Part shown: positions 19,439 through 29,337 of the stretch, piece by piece
How the letters are laid out: each line of letters opens with the position of its first letter
Numbering within the stretch: position 1 is the stretch's first letter
Source of the DNA: an uncultured delta proteobacterium
GTDB lineage: Bacteria; Desulfobacterota; Binatia; Binatales; Binataceae
Direction: 5' to 3'
NCBI GenBank assembly: GCA_963724765.1
Contig: CAVRVY010000004.1
Span: forward strand, 1,120,001 to 1,184,000
DNA: 64,000 nt
Made by a program: the position numbers and the translations under genes
The notes under the pieces: model-generated
The model's input: the letters and a program-made list of their open reading frames with translations, nothing else
Databases searched by the model: none
What the model was told of the DNA's origin: nothing

Positions 19439-21023
19439 CCCGCAAACACCGCCCGCTCCAGTCCCCGAATCGAGGGCGGTCGCCAGGAGGCAAACCAGGC
19501 TCTCGGTGGTCTGGATTATTCCAATCGTGGCGGCGCTGGTCGGCGTCTGGGTCGCCGTGGCGAGGATTCGGAGCGAGGGGCCGAAGATCACGATCATGTT
19601 CCAGTCGGCCGAAGGGCTCGAAGCCGGCAAGACCAAGATCAACTACAGAGGTGTCGATGTCGGCACGATTACGGCGATCCGGCTGTCGCAAGATCACCAG
19701 CGCGTGATAGCCACGGCGCAAATGGCGCCCCGGACCGAGGACTTCCTGGTCGAAGACACGCGGCTATGGGTGGTGCGGCCGCGGATTTCGGGCGCCAACG
19801 TGACCGGTTTGGGCACCCTCATCTCCGGGGCCTATATCGGAATGGAAATCGGCACTTCTACAGAGTCCAAGCGCGACTTTGTGGCGCTCGAGACACCGCC
19901 GGTCATAACCGGCAATGCGCCCGGGCGTTTCTTCGTACTGAAGACCCCCCACCTGGGCTCGCTGGACACCGGCACGCCGATGTTCTTCCGACGACTGCAG
20001 GTGGGCCAGGTTTCCTCGTACGAACTCGACAAGGACGGCCTGTCCTTTACGCTCAAGGTATTCGTGAGGGCGCCGTACGATCAGTACGTCACGCCGAACA
20101 CGCGTTTTTGGCAAGCGAGCGGAATCGATATGCAGCTCTCGGCCAACGGACTGAGCCTGCAGACCCAGTCGTTGCTGTCGATCCTGATCGGCGGCATCGC
20201 GTTCGAAACGCCGGCAGACGATCAGGCCCTACCCGCCGCCGAGGCGAACACCGTCTTTACGCTGTTCGAGGACCGCGCCAGGGCCTTCGAGCCCCCCGCC
20301 CGCAGTCCGCAGACCTTTGAGCTCATTTTCAATGAATCGGTCCGCGGGCTAACGCCCGGCGCGCCGGTAGAACTGCGCGGCATCAAGATTGGCGAGGTCG
20401 CGGATATTCGTGCGCAATTCGATCTCAAGACCTTCCAGTACCTGGTGCCGGTGACCATCCACCTGGACGCGCAGCGGCTGGGGGTCAAGCTCATCGATCT
20501 GAAGCCCGGCGCGGATATCGCGGCGATGCGCAGGCAGTTGATCGATTCAATGGTGGCTCACGGAGTCCGCGCGCAACTACGGACCGGAAACCTGCTGACC
20601 GGAGCCGCGTTCGTGGCGTTCGACTTTTTCCCCGGCGTCCCCCCCCCCGCGAAGGTGGACTGGTCGCAAAAGCCGGTGCAACTGCCGACCACTCCGGGGC
20701 AGCTCGAAGCGACCGAAGCAAAGGTGACGAATATTATCAACAAGCTCGACAAGATGCCCCTTCAGCAGATCGGCGACGGACTGCGCAAAGCGATCGACGA
20801 CCTCGACGTGACGCTGATGTCCGCGAATCACACCCTGGTGAGCGCGCGCGGCACGATCGACAACGCCAACAATTTCGTCGAGCCGAATTCCGTGCAGGCC
20901 CAGGAGATGAACAGCACGCTGCAGGAGGTGAGCCGCGCGGCCCGCTCGTTACGCGTGCTTGCGGACTATCTCGATCGCCATCCCGAGGCGCTGCTGCGCG
21001 GCAAGCGCGGGGAGGCAAAGTGA
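19431..21023 (+). CDS. pqiB: PqiB multi-MCE-domain protein
   Basis: VWIIPIVA, AEGLEAGKT, LGTLISGAYI, FWQASG, SVRGL..GAPV, RAQLRTGNLLTG, HPEALLRGK. Confidence 0.95.
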   Translation: MADPQTPPAPVPESRAVARRQTRLSVVWIIPIVAALVGVWVAVARIRSEGPKITIMFQSAEGLEAGKTKINYRGVDVGTITAIRLSQDHQRVIATAQMAPRTEDFLVEDTRLWVVRPRISGANVTGLGTLISGAYIGMEIGTSTESKRDFVALETPPVITGNAPGRFFVLKTPHLGSLDTGTPMFFRRLQVGQVSSYELDKDGLSFTLKVFVRAPYDQYVTPNTRFWQASGIDMQLSANGLSLQTQSLLSILIGGIAFETPADDQALPAAEANTVFTLFEDRARAFEPPARSPQTFELIFNESVRGLTPGAPVELRGIKIGEVADIRAQFDLKTFQYLVPVTIHLDAQRLGVKLIDLKPGADIAAMRRQLIDSMVAHGVRAQLRTGNLLTGAAFVAFDFFPGVPPPAKVDWSQKPVQLPTTPGQLEATEAKVTNIINKLDKMPLQQIGDGLRKAIDDLDVTLMSANHTLVSARGTIDNANNFVEPNSVQAQEMNSTLQEVSRAARSLRVLADYLDRHPEALLRGKRGEAK

Positions 21024-21619
21024 TGGCACGCCGCATTGCGCATCTGGTGATCTCTATCGCGTTCGTCGCGGCTGCCTTATCCGGCTGCGGCACCTCGGCG
21101 CCGTCGCGGTTCTACACGCTTGACTCTACCGCGGCGCCCGACGGCGCGGCGCCCGTCGGCGACGCGATCATGGTCGGTCCGGTTTCCGTACCCGCCTCGG
21201 TCGATCGGCCGGAGTTCGTGCTCCAGGCCGCGCCCAACCGTGTCGACGTGGACGAGTTCAATCGATGGGCCGCGCCGCTCAACGATAGTATAGCGCAGGC
21301 CGTCGCCGGCAACCTGGTCAAACTGCTCGGCACGCCAAACGTGGCCGCGGCGCCACTGGCAAACTTCGATCCGTCCTATCGAGTTACGATCGACGTCCAG
21401 CGCTTCGAGTCGGTGCCGGGCCAGGCGGCGCTGGTCGAGGCAATGTGGACGGTGCGCAGGACGGCAGGCGGAGAAACGCGCTCGGGCCGCACGGTCGCGC
21501 GCGAGCCAGTGCAGGGCGACGGGTTCGACGCGCTCGCGGCAGCGCGCAGCCGCGCGATCGCGAAGTTGAGCGGCGATATCGCCAGCGCGATCCGGGCGGA
21601 GGCCGCAACGAAGTCGTAG
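21020..21619 (+). CDS. pqiC: PqiC-family lipoprotein
   Basis: Lipobox LSGC, FYTL, VGPVSVP..VDRP, RWAAPL, IDVQRF. Confidence 0.9.
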   Translation: MMARRIAHLVISIAFVAAALSGCGTSAPSRFYTLDSTAAPDGAAPVGDAIMVGPVSVPASVDRPEFVLQAAPNRVDVDEFNRWAAPLNDSIAQAVAGNLVKLLGTPNVAAAPLANFDPSYRVTIDVQRFESVPGQAALVEAMWTVRRTAGGETRSGRTVAREPVQGDGFDALAAARSRAIAKLSGDIASAIRAEAATKS

Positions 21620-21751
21620 CGGCTGGCTCCGCGAGAGTGATCGGATCGATCGATTTTGCCGCTAGGTCCGGCTGGAAATTTGATATAAGCGGTTATCGCT
21701 GAGTGATACGCCCGTAACGGATGAGCGCCGCAAGAACCATAGGAGGAGGCG

Positions 21752-22760
21752 ATGAGCGATTACGAAGTCCTCGAAGTGCCTAATGTCCTTCTGCAGAACG
21801 GAGGGCTGTTCCGGATTGCTCAGCTGGCTTACAAGACCCTCGGGACGCTGAATAGCGCCCGCGACAATGCCGTGCTGGTGCCGACGTGGTACACGGGAAC
21901 GCATAACGACATCGAAACTTTCATGGTTGGCGAGGGCCGCGCCCTTGACCCGCGCAAATATTTCATCGTGATGACGAACCTGCTGGGCAATGGGATATCC
22001 TCGTCGCCCAGCAACACCCCATCGCCGAGCGAACGCGGCCGCTTTCCCAAAGTCACGATCCATGACAACGTCCGCCTTCAACAACTTTTGCTTACTCAGA
22101 AACTGGGCATCGCACGTATTCGTCTTGTGACCGGATGGTCGATGGGCGCGTGCCAGACCTTCGAGTGGGCGGCGCAGTTTCCGGAGATGGTGCGCGCGGC
22201 GTGCCCGATCGCCGGCTCAGCGCGGACGGCTTCGTACAATAAAGTCTTTCTGCTCGCTTTGCAGCGCGCGCTGGAACTGGACCCGGTCTTCGCCGACGGC
22301 TTCTACGATCGCCCTCCCGTCAATGGGCTGAAGGCTTTCGCCGCGATCTATGCGGGATGGGGAACGTCGGAGCCCTTCTACCGGACAGAGGTCTAACCGA
22401 GCCTTCGGCGCGGGCGACTACCAGGAGCACGTCGCTTCTTTCTGGGAGCCGTTCTTCATGCGCTGCGACGCGAACAACCTGCTCTCGCAGCTATGGACCT
22501 GGCTGCACGGCGATATCAGCCACAATCCAGTCTATAACGGCAACTTCGAGGCCGCGCTTGGCGCAATCAAGGCGCGCACCATCGTCGCACCGGTGGACAA
22601 CGACCGCTACTTTCCGCCCGCGGACAGCGAATATGAGGCGCAACACATACGAGGCGCCAAGTGCCACGTCATATCTTCGGTCTGGGGACATATGGCACCG
22701 ATGAACCCGCGCGACAATCCAGCGATAGACAGCCTTCTCCACGAGCTACTGGCGGACTGA
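21752..22760 (+). pseudogene. MetX-like alpha/beta hydrolase split by +1 frameshift
   Basis: AGGAGG RBS; LAYKTLGTLN, GNGISSSPS, GWSMG; GTC-TAA-CCG at 22391-22399 restores EVYRAFG if one A is removed; second half carries D(NDRYF) and GH. Confidence 0.85.
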
Positions 22761-22930
22761 GTTTGCACGCGGGGAAAAAAGTCCCCATCGTCACGGCGAT
22801 TACCCGGCGAGCGAGCCCTCAACCCGCTCCAGCCCGGTGCCTGCCGATCGAAACCTCGGAATCTCTTCTCGCCTATTCTGCGCGGACTACTACAGCCTCG
22901 CAGGAAGGGAAACAACCATAGTACGCATGG

Positions 22931-23698
22931 TCATCTAAGCATGGATGACAGCAGTCTCTGGATCGGTTCCTGACTTACGGTAATCAAGCCGCGCTCGGGC
23001 TGATTGAGATCCAGGATGACGTAGACGACGAAACTTGCGAGCATGATGAAGCAGATTGTGCCCGCAAGGTCGGCTTTTTCTGAAGCTCCCTGCTCGCGCC
23101 CGACCAGCATCGAGGCGACGACAGCGGCCACCAGCAGCAGTAACACGACGCTCGCCGGCAGCCGGTCCCGTATCGCAGCGAGGCGAGCGGCGTGATTACT
23201 GGTTACGCCATTTAGCGTATTGGTCAGCGAGACTGCGATCGGCGTACCGGCTACCAGGGCTTGATCGACGAGAACGGTCATCTGGTCCTGCATCTGTTGC
23301 ATCCGCCCAAGCGCGTTTTCGAGCGTGGCCTCGTCAATCCTTCGCCCGGACAACTCGACGCGCAGCCTGGTGTAGTCACGGATGACGGACTGCAATTTGG
23401 TTCGCACGGGCTCCTTTATGAGACTCGCGCAGGTATAGAAGTCGCCGATGGCACTGCTGTCGGCGACGAGCGTCAGCCGGCGCTGATCGTACCTGACGAT
23501 CGCCATCGAGAAGGTGAAGCCCAGCAGCAAGCCCAGGAGCGCAAGACTCGCGTCCTCGAATTTGGACACCGGCACCTCGCCGGACTCGATCCGCAGCCGT
23601 CGTCCGTGCCAACGTCCGAACTGCCAAGCGGCGAACATCGCCAACCCGAGCGCCAAAGCGGTTAACCACGCTTCAATGTCTGCAAAGATGCTGCCCAT
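22931..23698 (-). CDS. DUF4239/bestrophin-like membrane protein
   Basis: LALLGLLLGFTFSMA..RYDQRR, ILDLNQPERGLI.VSQ. Confidence 0.8.
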   Translation of the reverse strand: MGSIFADIEAWLTALALGLAMFAAWQFGRWHGRRLRIESGEVPVSKFEDASLALLGLLLGFTFSMAIVRYDQRRLTLVADSSAIGDFYTCASLIKEPVRTKLQSVIRDYTRLRVELSGRRIDEATLENALGRMQQMQDQMTVLVDQALVAGTPIAVSLTNTLNGVTSNHAARLAAIRDRLPASVVLLLLVAAVVASMLVGREQGASEKADLAGTICFIMLASFVVYVILDLNQPERGLITVSQEPIQRLLSSMLR

Positions 23699-23846
23699 GT
23701 CTTAGGTCCATCATGTTTTTCGCATCGGCATCTTTAACAGAAACCTCAATTCATTGCGCGCACAGAATCGGCGCGAGCAAGCGTCCTGTCTCGGGTCGGG
23801 GCACGCCTGGTGCGGCTCAGTCTTCCACCAGCCGCGAAGCGCCAAT

Positions 23847-23864
23847 ATCGGACCAAGGTCCGAT
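23847..23864. promoter_or_regulatory. 18-bp palindromic operator candidate (perfect copy)
   Basis: ATCGGACC-AA-GGTCCGAT in divergent intergenic region. Confidence 0.75.
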
Positions 23865-23997
23865 GGTTCCTGCTCGTAGGGAAGGCGAAACTGACGCCGG
23901 CGTTCCATCACATGCGGTAGATTATGCGAAAACCCGCAAGGCTTACCTCGGGCAGCGGCTCGGACATGCGCGCCATCCCGAGATGGAGTCGCTCTGA

Positions 23998-25074
23998 ATG
24001 AACAGCGAGAACGGATCCGAGCGAAGCATCGAACTGTGGATAGGTGTGGCGGCTGTGACGTTGCTCGTGGCCGGTTGCCTGCTGATCCTGAGCCCATTCA
24101 TATCTGCGGCGCTGTGGGCGGCGATTCTGTGCTTCACCACGTGGCCGATGTTCCTGCGACTCGATGCTGCGCTGGGCGCAAGGCGCTCGCTCGCGGCGTT
24201 GATAGCGACCCTGGCTATTGCGGCGATCATCGCCGTGCCAGTTGTGATCCTTGGAGCGACGCTGGCGAGCAACATCTCGGCCCTGATCAGCGCGGCTCAG
24301 CGGCTAGCCGATCAAGGGCCGCCAAAACTACCCGAATGGATAGCCGAAATTCCGCTGGTCGGTAGCCAGTTCGCCAATCACTGGAATCAACTGAGCGAAA
24401 GCAGTTCCGCGCGCATCGCGGCACTGATGAAATGGCTACCCGCGGCCAAGGAGTTCGTGCTGGGCAGCGGTCGCGCAGTGGGTAAAGGAATATTTCAAGT
24501 CATCCTGAGCCTGCTCATCGTGTTTTTTCTTTACCGCGACGGAGAAACCGCCGCCAAACGGCTGCACGCCACTATCGACCGGATCACAAAAGGAAACGGA
24601 GAACATCTTCTGGAGGTGGTGGGCTCGACGGTGCGATCGGTGCTGTATGGAGTTCTCGGGACCGCGCTGTTGCAGGGCGTGATGGCCGCGTTAGGGTTCG
24701 CGGTCGCGGGAGTTCCGGGAGCTCCGTTTCTTGGATTCGTTACCTTCCTCGTGTCGGCGATTCCCGCTGGCCCCCTGCTGGTCGCCGCATCGGCTGCCTT
24801 CTGGTTGTATCGGCAAGGAGCGACGGGATGGGCCGTCTTCATGATAATTTGGGGCTTGCTGGTGGGCACCCTGGACAACGTCGTGAAACCTATGTTGATT
24901 AGCCGCGGCGGCGGCACGACTCCGGTGGTCGTCGTGATGCTCGGGGTGTTGGGCGGTGCGATGGCGTTCGGACTGATCGGGCTCTTCCTGGGCCCGGCGC
25001 TTCTGGCGGTCGGCTACAGCCTTTTCGCCGCGTGGTCGTCCTCTGTGGCGGGGCAAGATCTCCGCGAAATCTGA
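23998..25074 (+). CDS. AI-2E family transporter (YdiK-like)
   Basis: PFISAALWA, FFLYRDG, DNVVKPMLI, GVLGG..AFGLIGLFLGP. Confidence 0.92.
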   Translation: MNSENGSERSIELWIGVAAVTLLVAGCLLILSPFISAALWAAILCFTTWPMFLRLDAALGARRSLAALIATLAIAAIIAVPVVILGATLASNISALISAAQRLADQGPPKLPEWIAEIPLVGSQFANHWNQLSESSSARIAALMKWLPAAKEFVLGSGRAVGKGIFQVILSLLIVFFLYRDGETAAKRLHATIDRITKGNGEHLLEVVGSTVRSVLYGVLGTALLQGVMAALGFAVAGVPGAPFLGFVTFLVSAIPAGPLLVAASAAFWLYRQGATGWAVFMIIWGLLVGTLDNVVKPMLISRGGGTTPVVVVMLGVLGGAMAFGLIGLFLGPALLAVGYSLFAAWSSSVAGQDLREI

Positions 25075-25088
25075 CCCATGTCGCGACC

Positions 25089-27539
25089 CTACGGCTGCAC
25101 CTCGCTATTCAATTGCATGAGTTGCTGGCGCACCTGCGCGTCGTTCGGCTCGAGTTCCGCCAGACGCTTCGCATAACCGGCCGCCTTTCCTGGATTTCCA
25201 GCGCTCCGGTAAAAGTTCACCAGCGCAGCAAGCGCCTCACGATCGTAAGGATGCCTGGCGACATCGTCCTCCAGCACATCGATCGCCTTCTCATTGCGCC
25301 CCGCGCTGTTGAGCGCCACCGCGTACACGTACGCGAAGCGTGCGTTCGCGGGTTCCAGCCGCGCGGCCGCCGCCAGATGGTCGAGCGCCTCCTGCTCATG
25401 TCCCTGACGCACCAGCAGCAGGCCGAGCGCATGCTGGAGCGCACCATCGCTCGGTGAACGGACGATGGCCTCGCGGAGCACGCGTTCGCCGTCAGCTTCG
25501 CGCCCGAGCACGCGATCGAGATCGGCGAGATTCACCGCCGCAGGCGTAAAGGATGAATCAAGCGAGAGCGCCGTGACGAGTTCGCGCTCCGCTTCAGCAA
25601 ATCGTTTTTCCGTGGCGAATAGCGAGGCGAGATTGCTATGAGCCTCCGGACGGTCCGCGTTCAATTCCTGCGCGGCGACATACTCGGCGATAGCCTTTTC
25701 GAGCGCCGCGTCCGCGGTTCTCGGCAAGGCATCCGCAGGCGCCCCCGCTAGCGCCTGTGCCGCCTCGATTCGCACGGCGCGCACGGGGTCATTGAGAAGA
25801 AGCGTTGAGACGCCGCGAATCGCATGGGGATCCGCATCAGGCAACGCGCGGGCGGCGGCGCGTCTGACCAGCGGCGAAACCACGCGCGCGCCCTCGCCCA
25901 CCGGCGCCGCACTGGCAGCTTCGGGATCGTTGGCCATGAGCGCGAGCGCGCTCGCGCGAGCTATCGCCGGCTGTTCGCGGTCCGCGAACAGCCGCGCGAG
26001 CGACCTTTGAGCCTCCGGAGCGCCAATCGCTCCCGCATGCATCGCCTCGGCGAACCGCTGAAATCCCGTGGGTTCGTGACCGTACCACTTTGTCACCAGA
26101 TTGGCCGCCCAGCCGGCGGACTTGTCGCGATGACATCTGTTACAGGCGTTAGGCACACCGATCTTTACCGAGAGATCGGGGCGTGGAATGCGGATACTGT
26201 GATCGCGCCGCGCATCCACGACCATATAGATTCGCGCCGGCATATGACATTCCACGCAGCGCGAGCCGGGAGAGCCGGCCTTGTGGAAATGGTGCTGCGC
26301 GGAATCGTACTTCTGCGCCGCATGGCATTGAAGGCAGACGCCGCTGCCCGGCACGCGAAGCCTCAAACTGTGCGGCTCGTGACAGTCGCTGCAAGTCACT
26401 CCCGCGTGGAACATCCTGCTCTGGATGAACGAGCCATACTCGTAAACTTCGTCCTTGATCTGGCCGTCCGGATAGTAGAGGTTGTCATCGAGCAATGAGA
26501 CCCGATAGTCATCGCCCACGGGCTGGCCGTGTACATAATCTTCATGGATTTGGCTTCGCCGTGAATGACATCGTGCGCACGTTTGGATTTCACGTTCCGA
26601 TTGGCGCGGAGCACTGCGGACCGCGTTCCCGCTCGCACGATCGATCTTCCAGCTCACTCCTTTGCGCTCGTCAAGCGCGATCGGCAGGCCATGATTCGCC
26701 TCGTAATGATGCCGGCCGCCGCTTCTCGCCGCCCACGCCACGTGATTGGAACCCGGGCCATGGCATGCTTCGCAAGCGACATCGATTTCGGCATACGCGG
26801 TGGCATACGTGCGCGTGGTGAGATGATAGTTTTTGCGCAAATTGGTCGAATGGCAGTCGGCGCACATGAAGTTCCAGTTTTGATCGACTCCGGTCCAATG
26901 CAGCGGATCGCCGGCGCTTAGCTTTCGATCGGGATACAGATGGAACCAGCGCTGGCCGCCACTTTCGCGGGCGCGGCTATCCCACGCAATCCGGAGCGCC
27001 TGAAGCCGGCCACCCGGCATCCCGACCAGGTATTGCTGCAACGGCGCAACACCGAAGGTGAATTTGATTTCGTAGTCGTGAAGCGCACCGTCCGGTCCGT
27101 CGGTCCGTACCATGAACTTGGCGCCGCGCCGGAACAGGCGTGACGTCACCACGCCATCAGACAAGCTTGCGTCGTTGAAGTCGCCAAGCACCGTAGAGTC
27201 GGTTGCCGGCTGCATGGCGAGCTCGTGATGCGATCCTTTCCACAGCCTCAACTCGCGCTCGTGACATCCGCCACAGACTGCGGCGCCGACGAAGGCGGCT
27301 GTGGGCGCGGACGATACTTTGTCCGCAGTCGCGTCATCGCGGGACGCCCGATGGCTCACCGTGCGCGCCATCAAAACGATCGCTGCGAAAACGATCGCGG
27401 CGATCGGCAGGAACGATGCCGGTATCCTAAGGCCGCGTGATGCAGTCTTCAGTGGCGAGGCCTGCGAAACTTGCTGTGCGACGCCGTCCGCCTTGCCAGA
27501 TTGGGGTTCCGTCTTTGCGCGTTTTCGCTTCCTGGCCAA
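25089..27539 (-). CDS. Octaheme c-type cytochrome with HEAT/TPR repeats
   Basis: Eight CxxCH motifs (CGGCH, CADCH, CEACH, CARCH, CSDCH, CLQCH, CVECH, CNRCH), N-terminal TM, TPR C-terminus. Confidence 0.9.
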   Translation of the reverse strand: MARKRKRAKTEPQSGKADGVAQQVSQASPLKTASRGLRIPASFLPIAAIVFAAIVLMARTVSHRASRDDATADKVSSAPTAAFVGAAVCGGCHERELRLWKGSHHELAMQPATDSTVLGDFNDASLSDGVVTSRLFRRGAKFMVRTDGPDGALHDYEIKFTFGVAPLQQYLVGMPGGRLQALRIAWDSRARESGGQRWFHLYPDRKLSAGDPLHWTGVDQNWNFMCADCHSTNLRKNYHLTTRTYATAYAEIDVACEACHGPGSNHVAWAARSGGRHHYEANHGLPIALDERKGVSWKIDRASGNAVRSAPRQSEREIQTCARCHSRRSQIHEDYVHGQPVGDDYRVSLLDDNLYYPDGQIKDEVYEYGSFIQSRMFHAGVTCSDCHEPHSLRLRVPGSGVCLQCHAAQKYDSAQHHFHKAGSPGSRCVECHMPARIYMVVDARRDHSIRIPRPDLSVKIGVPNACNRCHRDKSAGWAANLVTKWYGHEPTGFQRFAEAMHAGAIGAPEAQRSLARLFADREQPAIARASALALMANDPEAASAAPVGEGARVVSPLVRRAAARALPDADPHAIRGVSTLLLNDPVRAVRIEAAQALAGAPADALPRTADAALEKAIAEYVAAQELNADRPEAHSNLASLFATEKRFAEAERELVTALSLDSSFTPAAVNLADLDRVLGREADGERVLREAIVRSPSDGALQHALGLLLVRQGHEQEALDHLAAAARLEPANARFAYVYAVALNSAGRNEKAIDVLEDDVARHPYDREALAALVNFYRSAGNPGKAAGYAKRLAELEPNDAQVRQQLMQLNSEVQP

Positions 27540-27623
27540 GGCGATTAGTGACGCTCGAATCGAGTGCGCGAGACGCCAGACATGACAGGCGTCCTGGCGA
27601 TTATGATTTCGGCTCCGGCGCGC

Positions 27624-28352
27624 CTACTGCATCCGCCATCCGGCCCGCGCAGTGTAGTCGGTCACTGTCTTGACGATCTGGTCGGATGTCTTCTTGGCCA
27701 GACTGCTGGTGGCTGAGCTGTAAGTCTTGGCTCCGCCGACGGCCGCATTCACGCCCACAACTGCCGCCGCGCCGCCACCCGCCGCCACGCCGACCGGAGC
27801 CATTACCGCCGCTCCAGGCATTTTGCCACTGTCGGCGTGCGTGCTGAATGCGAGCACCTGATTTAAATTGCCGCCGATGCGCTGGTACATCGACACATTA
27901 CTGTCCAGGGTCGAAGCTCCTGTGCCGAAGCCGATAACCAGCCGACGCAACCGGTTACCCTCGCTGATATTACTCAGAGCGCCGTCAACTATAAGGATGT
28001 TGCCTCCGGCTACGTAGGTTCCACGCTGAACGCAAACCGCATTGTAGCCCTCCCCTGTCAGGTCGGAGACGACCTGCTGACAAATCGCCTGTGTGGTGTC
28101 ACGCGCTATCTGTAGCTGAGCCGCATTTTCGTTATCGCCGGTCGCGCCGCGGTAGGCTCTCTGAATGATGCTCTGGTTAAGCGTAACGTCCGCCGCATCC
28201 GCCGCAAATGGATAGACCACGATCTGGGTGGGACGATCATAGTCGGCAGGCCCGCGCTGGGCCTGTTGCGTCACCGCCGCACCCGCGCATCCGGAAACCA
28301 CAAGCGCACAAAAGACATAAGGTCGGAAGAACTGACTCCATCTCACGCTCAT
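27624..28352 (-). CDS. DUF4410-like lipoprotein
   Basis: Lipobox VSGC; ISEGNRLRRLVIGFGTGAS; ADSGKMPG. Confidence 0.78.
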   Translation of the reverse strand: MSVRWSQFFRPYVFCALVVSGCAGAAVTQQAQRGPADYDRPTQIVVYPFAADAADVTLNQSIIQRAYRGATGDNENAAQLQIARDTTQAICQQVVSDLTGEGYNAVCVQRGTYVAGGNILIVDGALSNISEGNRLRRLVIGFGTGASTLDSNVSMYQRIGGNLNQVLAFSTHADSGKMPGAAVMAPVGVAAGGGAAAVVGVNAAVGGAKTYSSATSSLAKKTSDQIVKTVTDYTARAGWRMQ

Positions 28353-28544
28353 CTCTGTTTCGATCCTCTTGGTTGTTGCTCATCTCTTCCCCGGCGTATG
28401 GCTTGGACGGGGGCTTCCGGCCTTCGCCTGATGGCTGCTTTTTTCGAATCGTCGGTGCCGACGTCGGCGGCGGCACATGGACCAGCGCCTTGTGAACTAT
28501 ATACTTGCCGCGCGCCGGGCAAGTCTCATCGCCAGCCGCAGTCT

Positions 28545-29252
28545 TCAGCTTATCCAGCCCCGGTCCTGAAATCTGATTCTGAGTTGCTCCGCAATTTCGT
28601 CGGCGGTCGCCTTGGCTCTGCCCTCGAGCGTGTTCCTGCCGCTCGTCTCACCATAGATTTTCATTCCGCCGACGACGATCAGGCCTACCGGATTGCCGGT
28701 GGCAATGGCGATAGCGGCCGGCGCGGCAATTCCCGGGGTCTTGTTTCCGGAGGAGCTGAGCGTCCCCGACCCCAGTTTGCGCAAGCCTTGCGAGGTCATC
28801 AAGTAGCCTTCCACCACGGTATCCATCTCGGAGGTCCCCGAACCGAATCCAATAGCGAAACGCTTGACGGCACTGCCACCTTCGGCGGAGACGAGATAAC
28901 CACGGATTACGCCGTCGCCGACTTGAGGCGACGAGCCAGGTCCGGCCTGCACAGCCGAAAGTCCCATGCCCTGGATATCCGCAACCAACTGCTTGGCGAT
29001 CAGAGCGCCGAACTGACGGCCGGTTTGGATCTGCTCGGCCGTTGGTGGCGTGCTGGGCGCACTAATCTCGCTGCCGATAGAGGAATCCGAGGGAACGTCG
29101 GAGGGCGCGGCGACGAAGTCGTATACCCAGATCTGATTGGGGCGGGCGATCGCCTCGTTGACCATCGGCGTCTGCTGGGTGACGTTCGTCGAGGCGCAGC
29201 CGGCAATCGCCAGGGCGAAAAGGTACGGAACTGTACGGCTACGAAGCCTCAT
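28545..29252 (-). CDS. DUF4410-like lipoprotein
   Basis: Lipobox IAGC; RPNQIWVYDF; EGGSAVKRFAIGFGSG; SGNKTPG. Confidence 0.78.
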   Translation of the reverse strand: MRLRSRTVPYLFALAIAGCASTNVTQQTPMVNEAIARPNQIWVYDFVAAPSDVPSDSSIGSEISAPSTPPTAEQIQTGRQFGALIAKQLVADIQGMGLSAVQAGPGSSPQVGDGVIRGYLVSAEGGSAVKRFAIGFGSGTSEMDTVVEGYLMTSQGLRKLGSGTLSSSGNKTPGIAAPAAIAIATGNPVGLIVVGGMKIYGETSGRNTLEGRAKATADEIAEQLRIRFQDRGWIS

Positions 29253-29337
29253 CGCAAATCTCCCGATATGGTTCGCCGAGGCGTTGGCTAAACGCTGCGG
29301 CGCGCCCGTCTACGCGCGTTTTGTCTCAAACGATGCC

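Noticed and set aside
22381-22410. Programmed frameshifting or stop readthrough at the split genes
   Set aside because: No slippery heptamer or stimulatory structure seen, and these families are not known for recoding; mutation or error is simpler
23799-23813. GG-N10-GC sigma-54-like site before AI-2E
   Set aside because: Lacks the conserved T before GG and the TTGC; likely chance in GC-rich DNA
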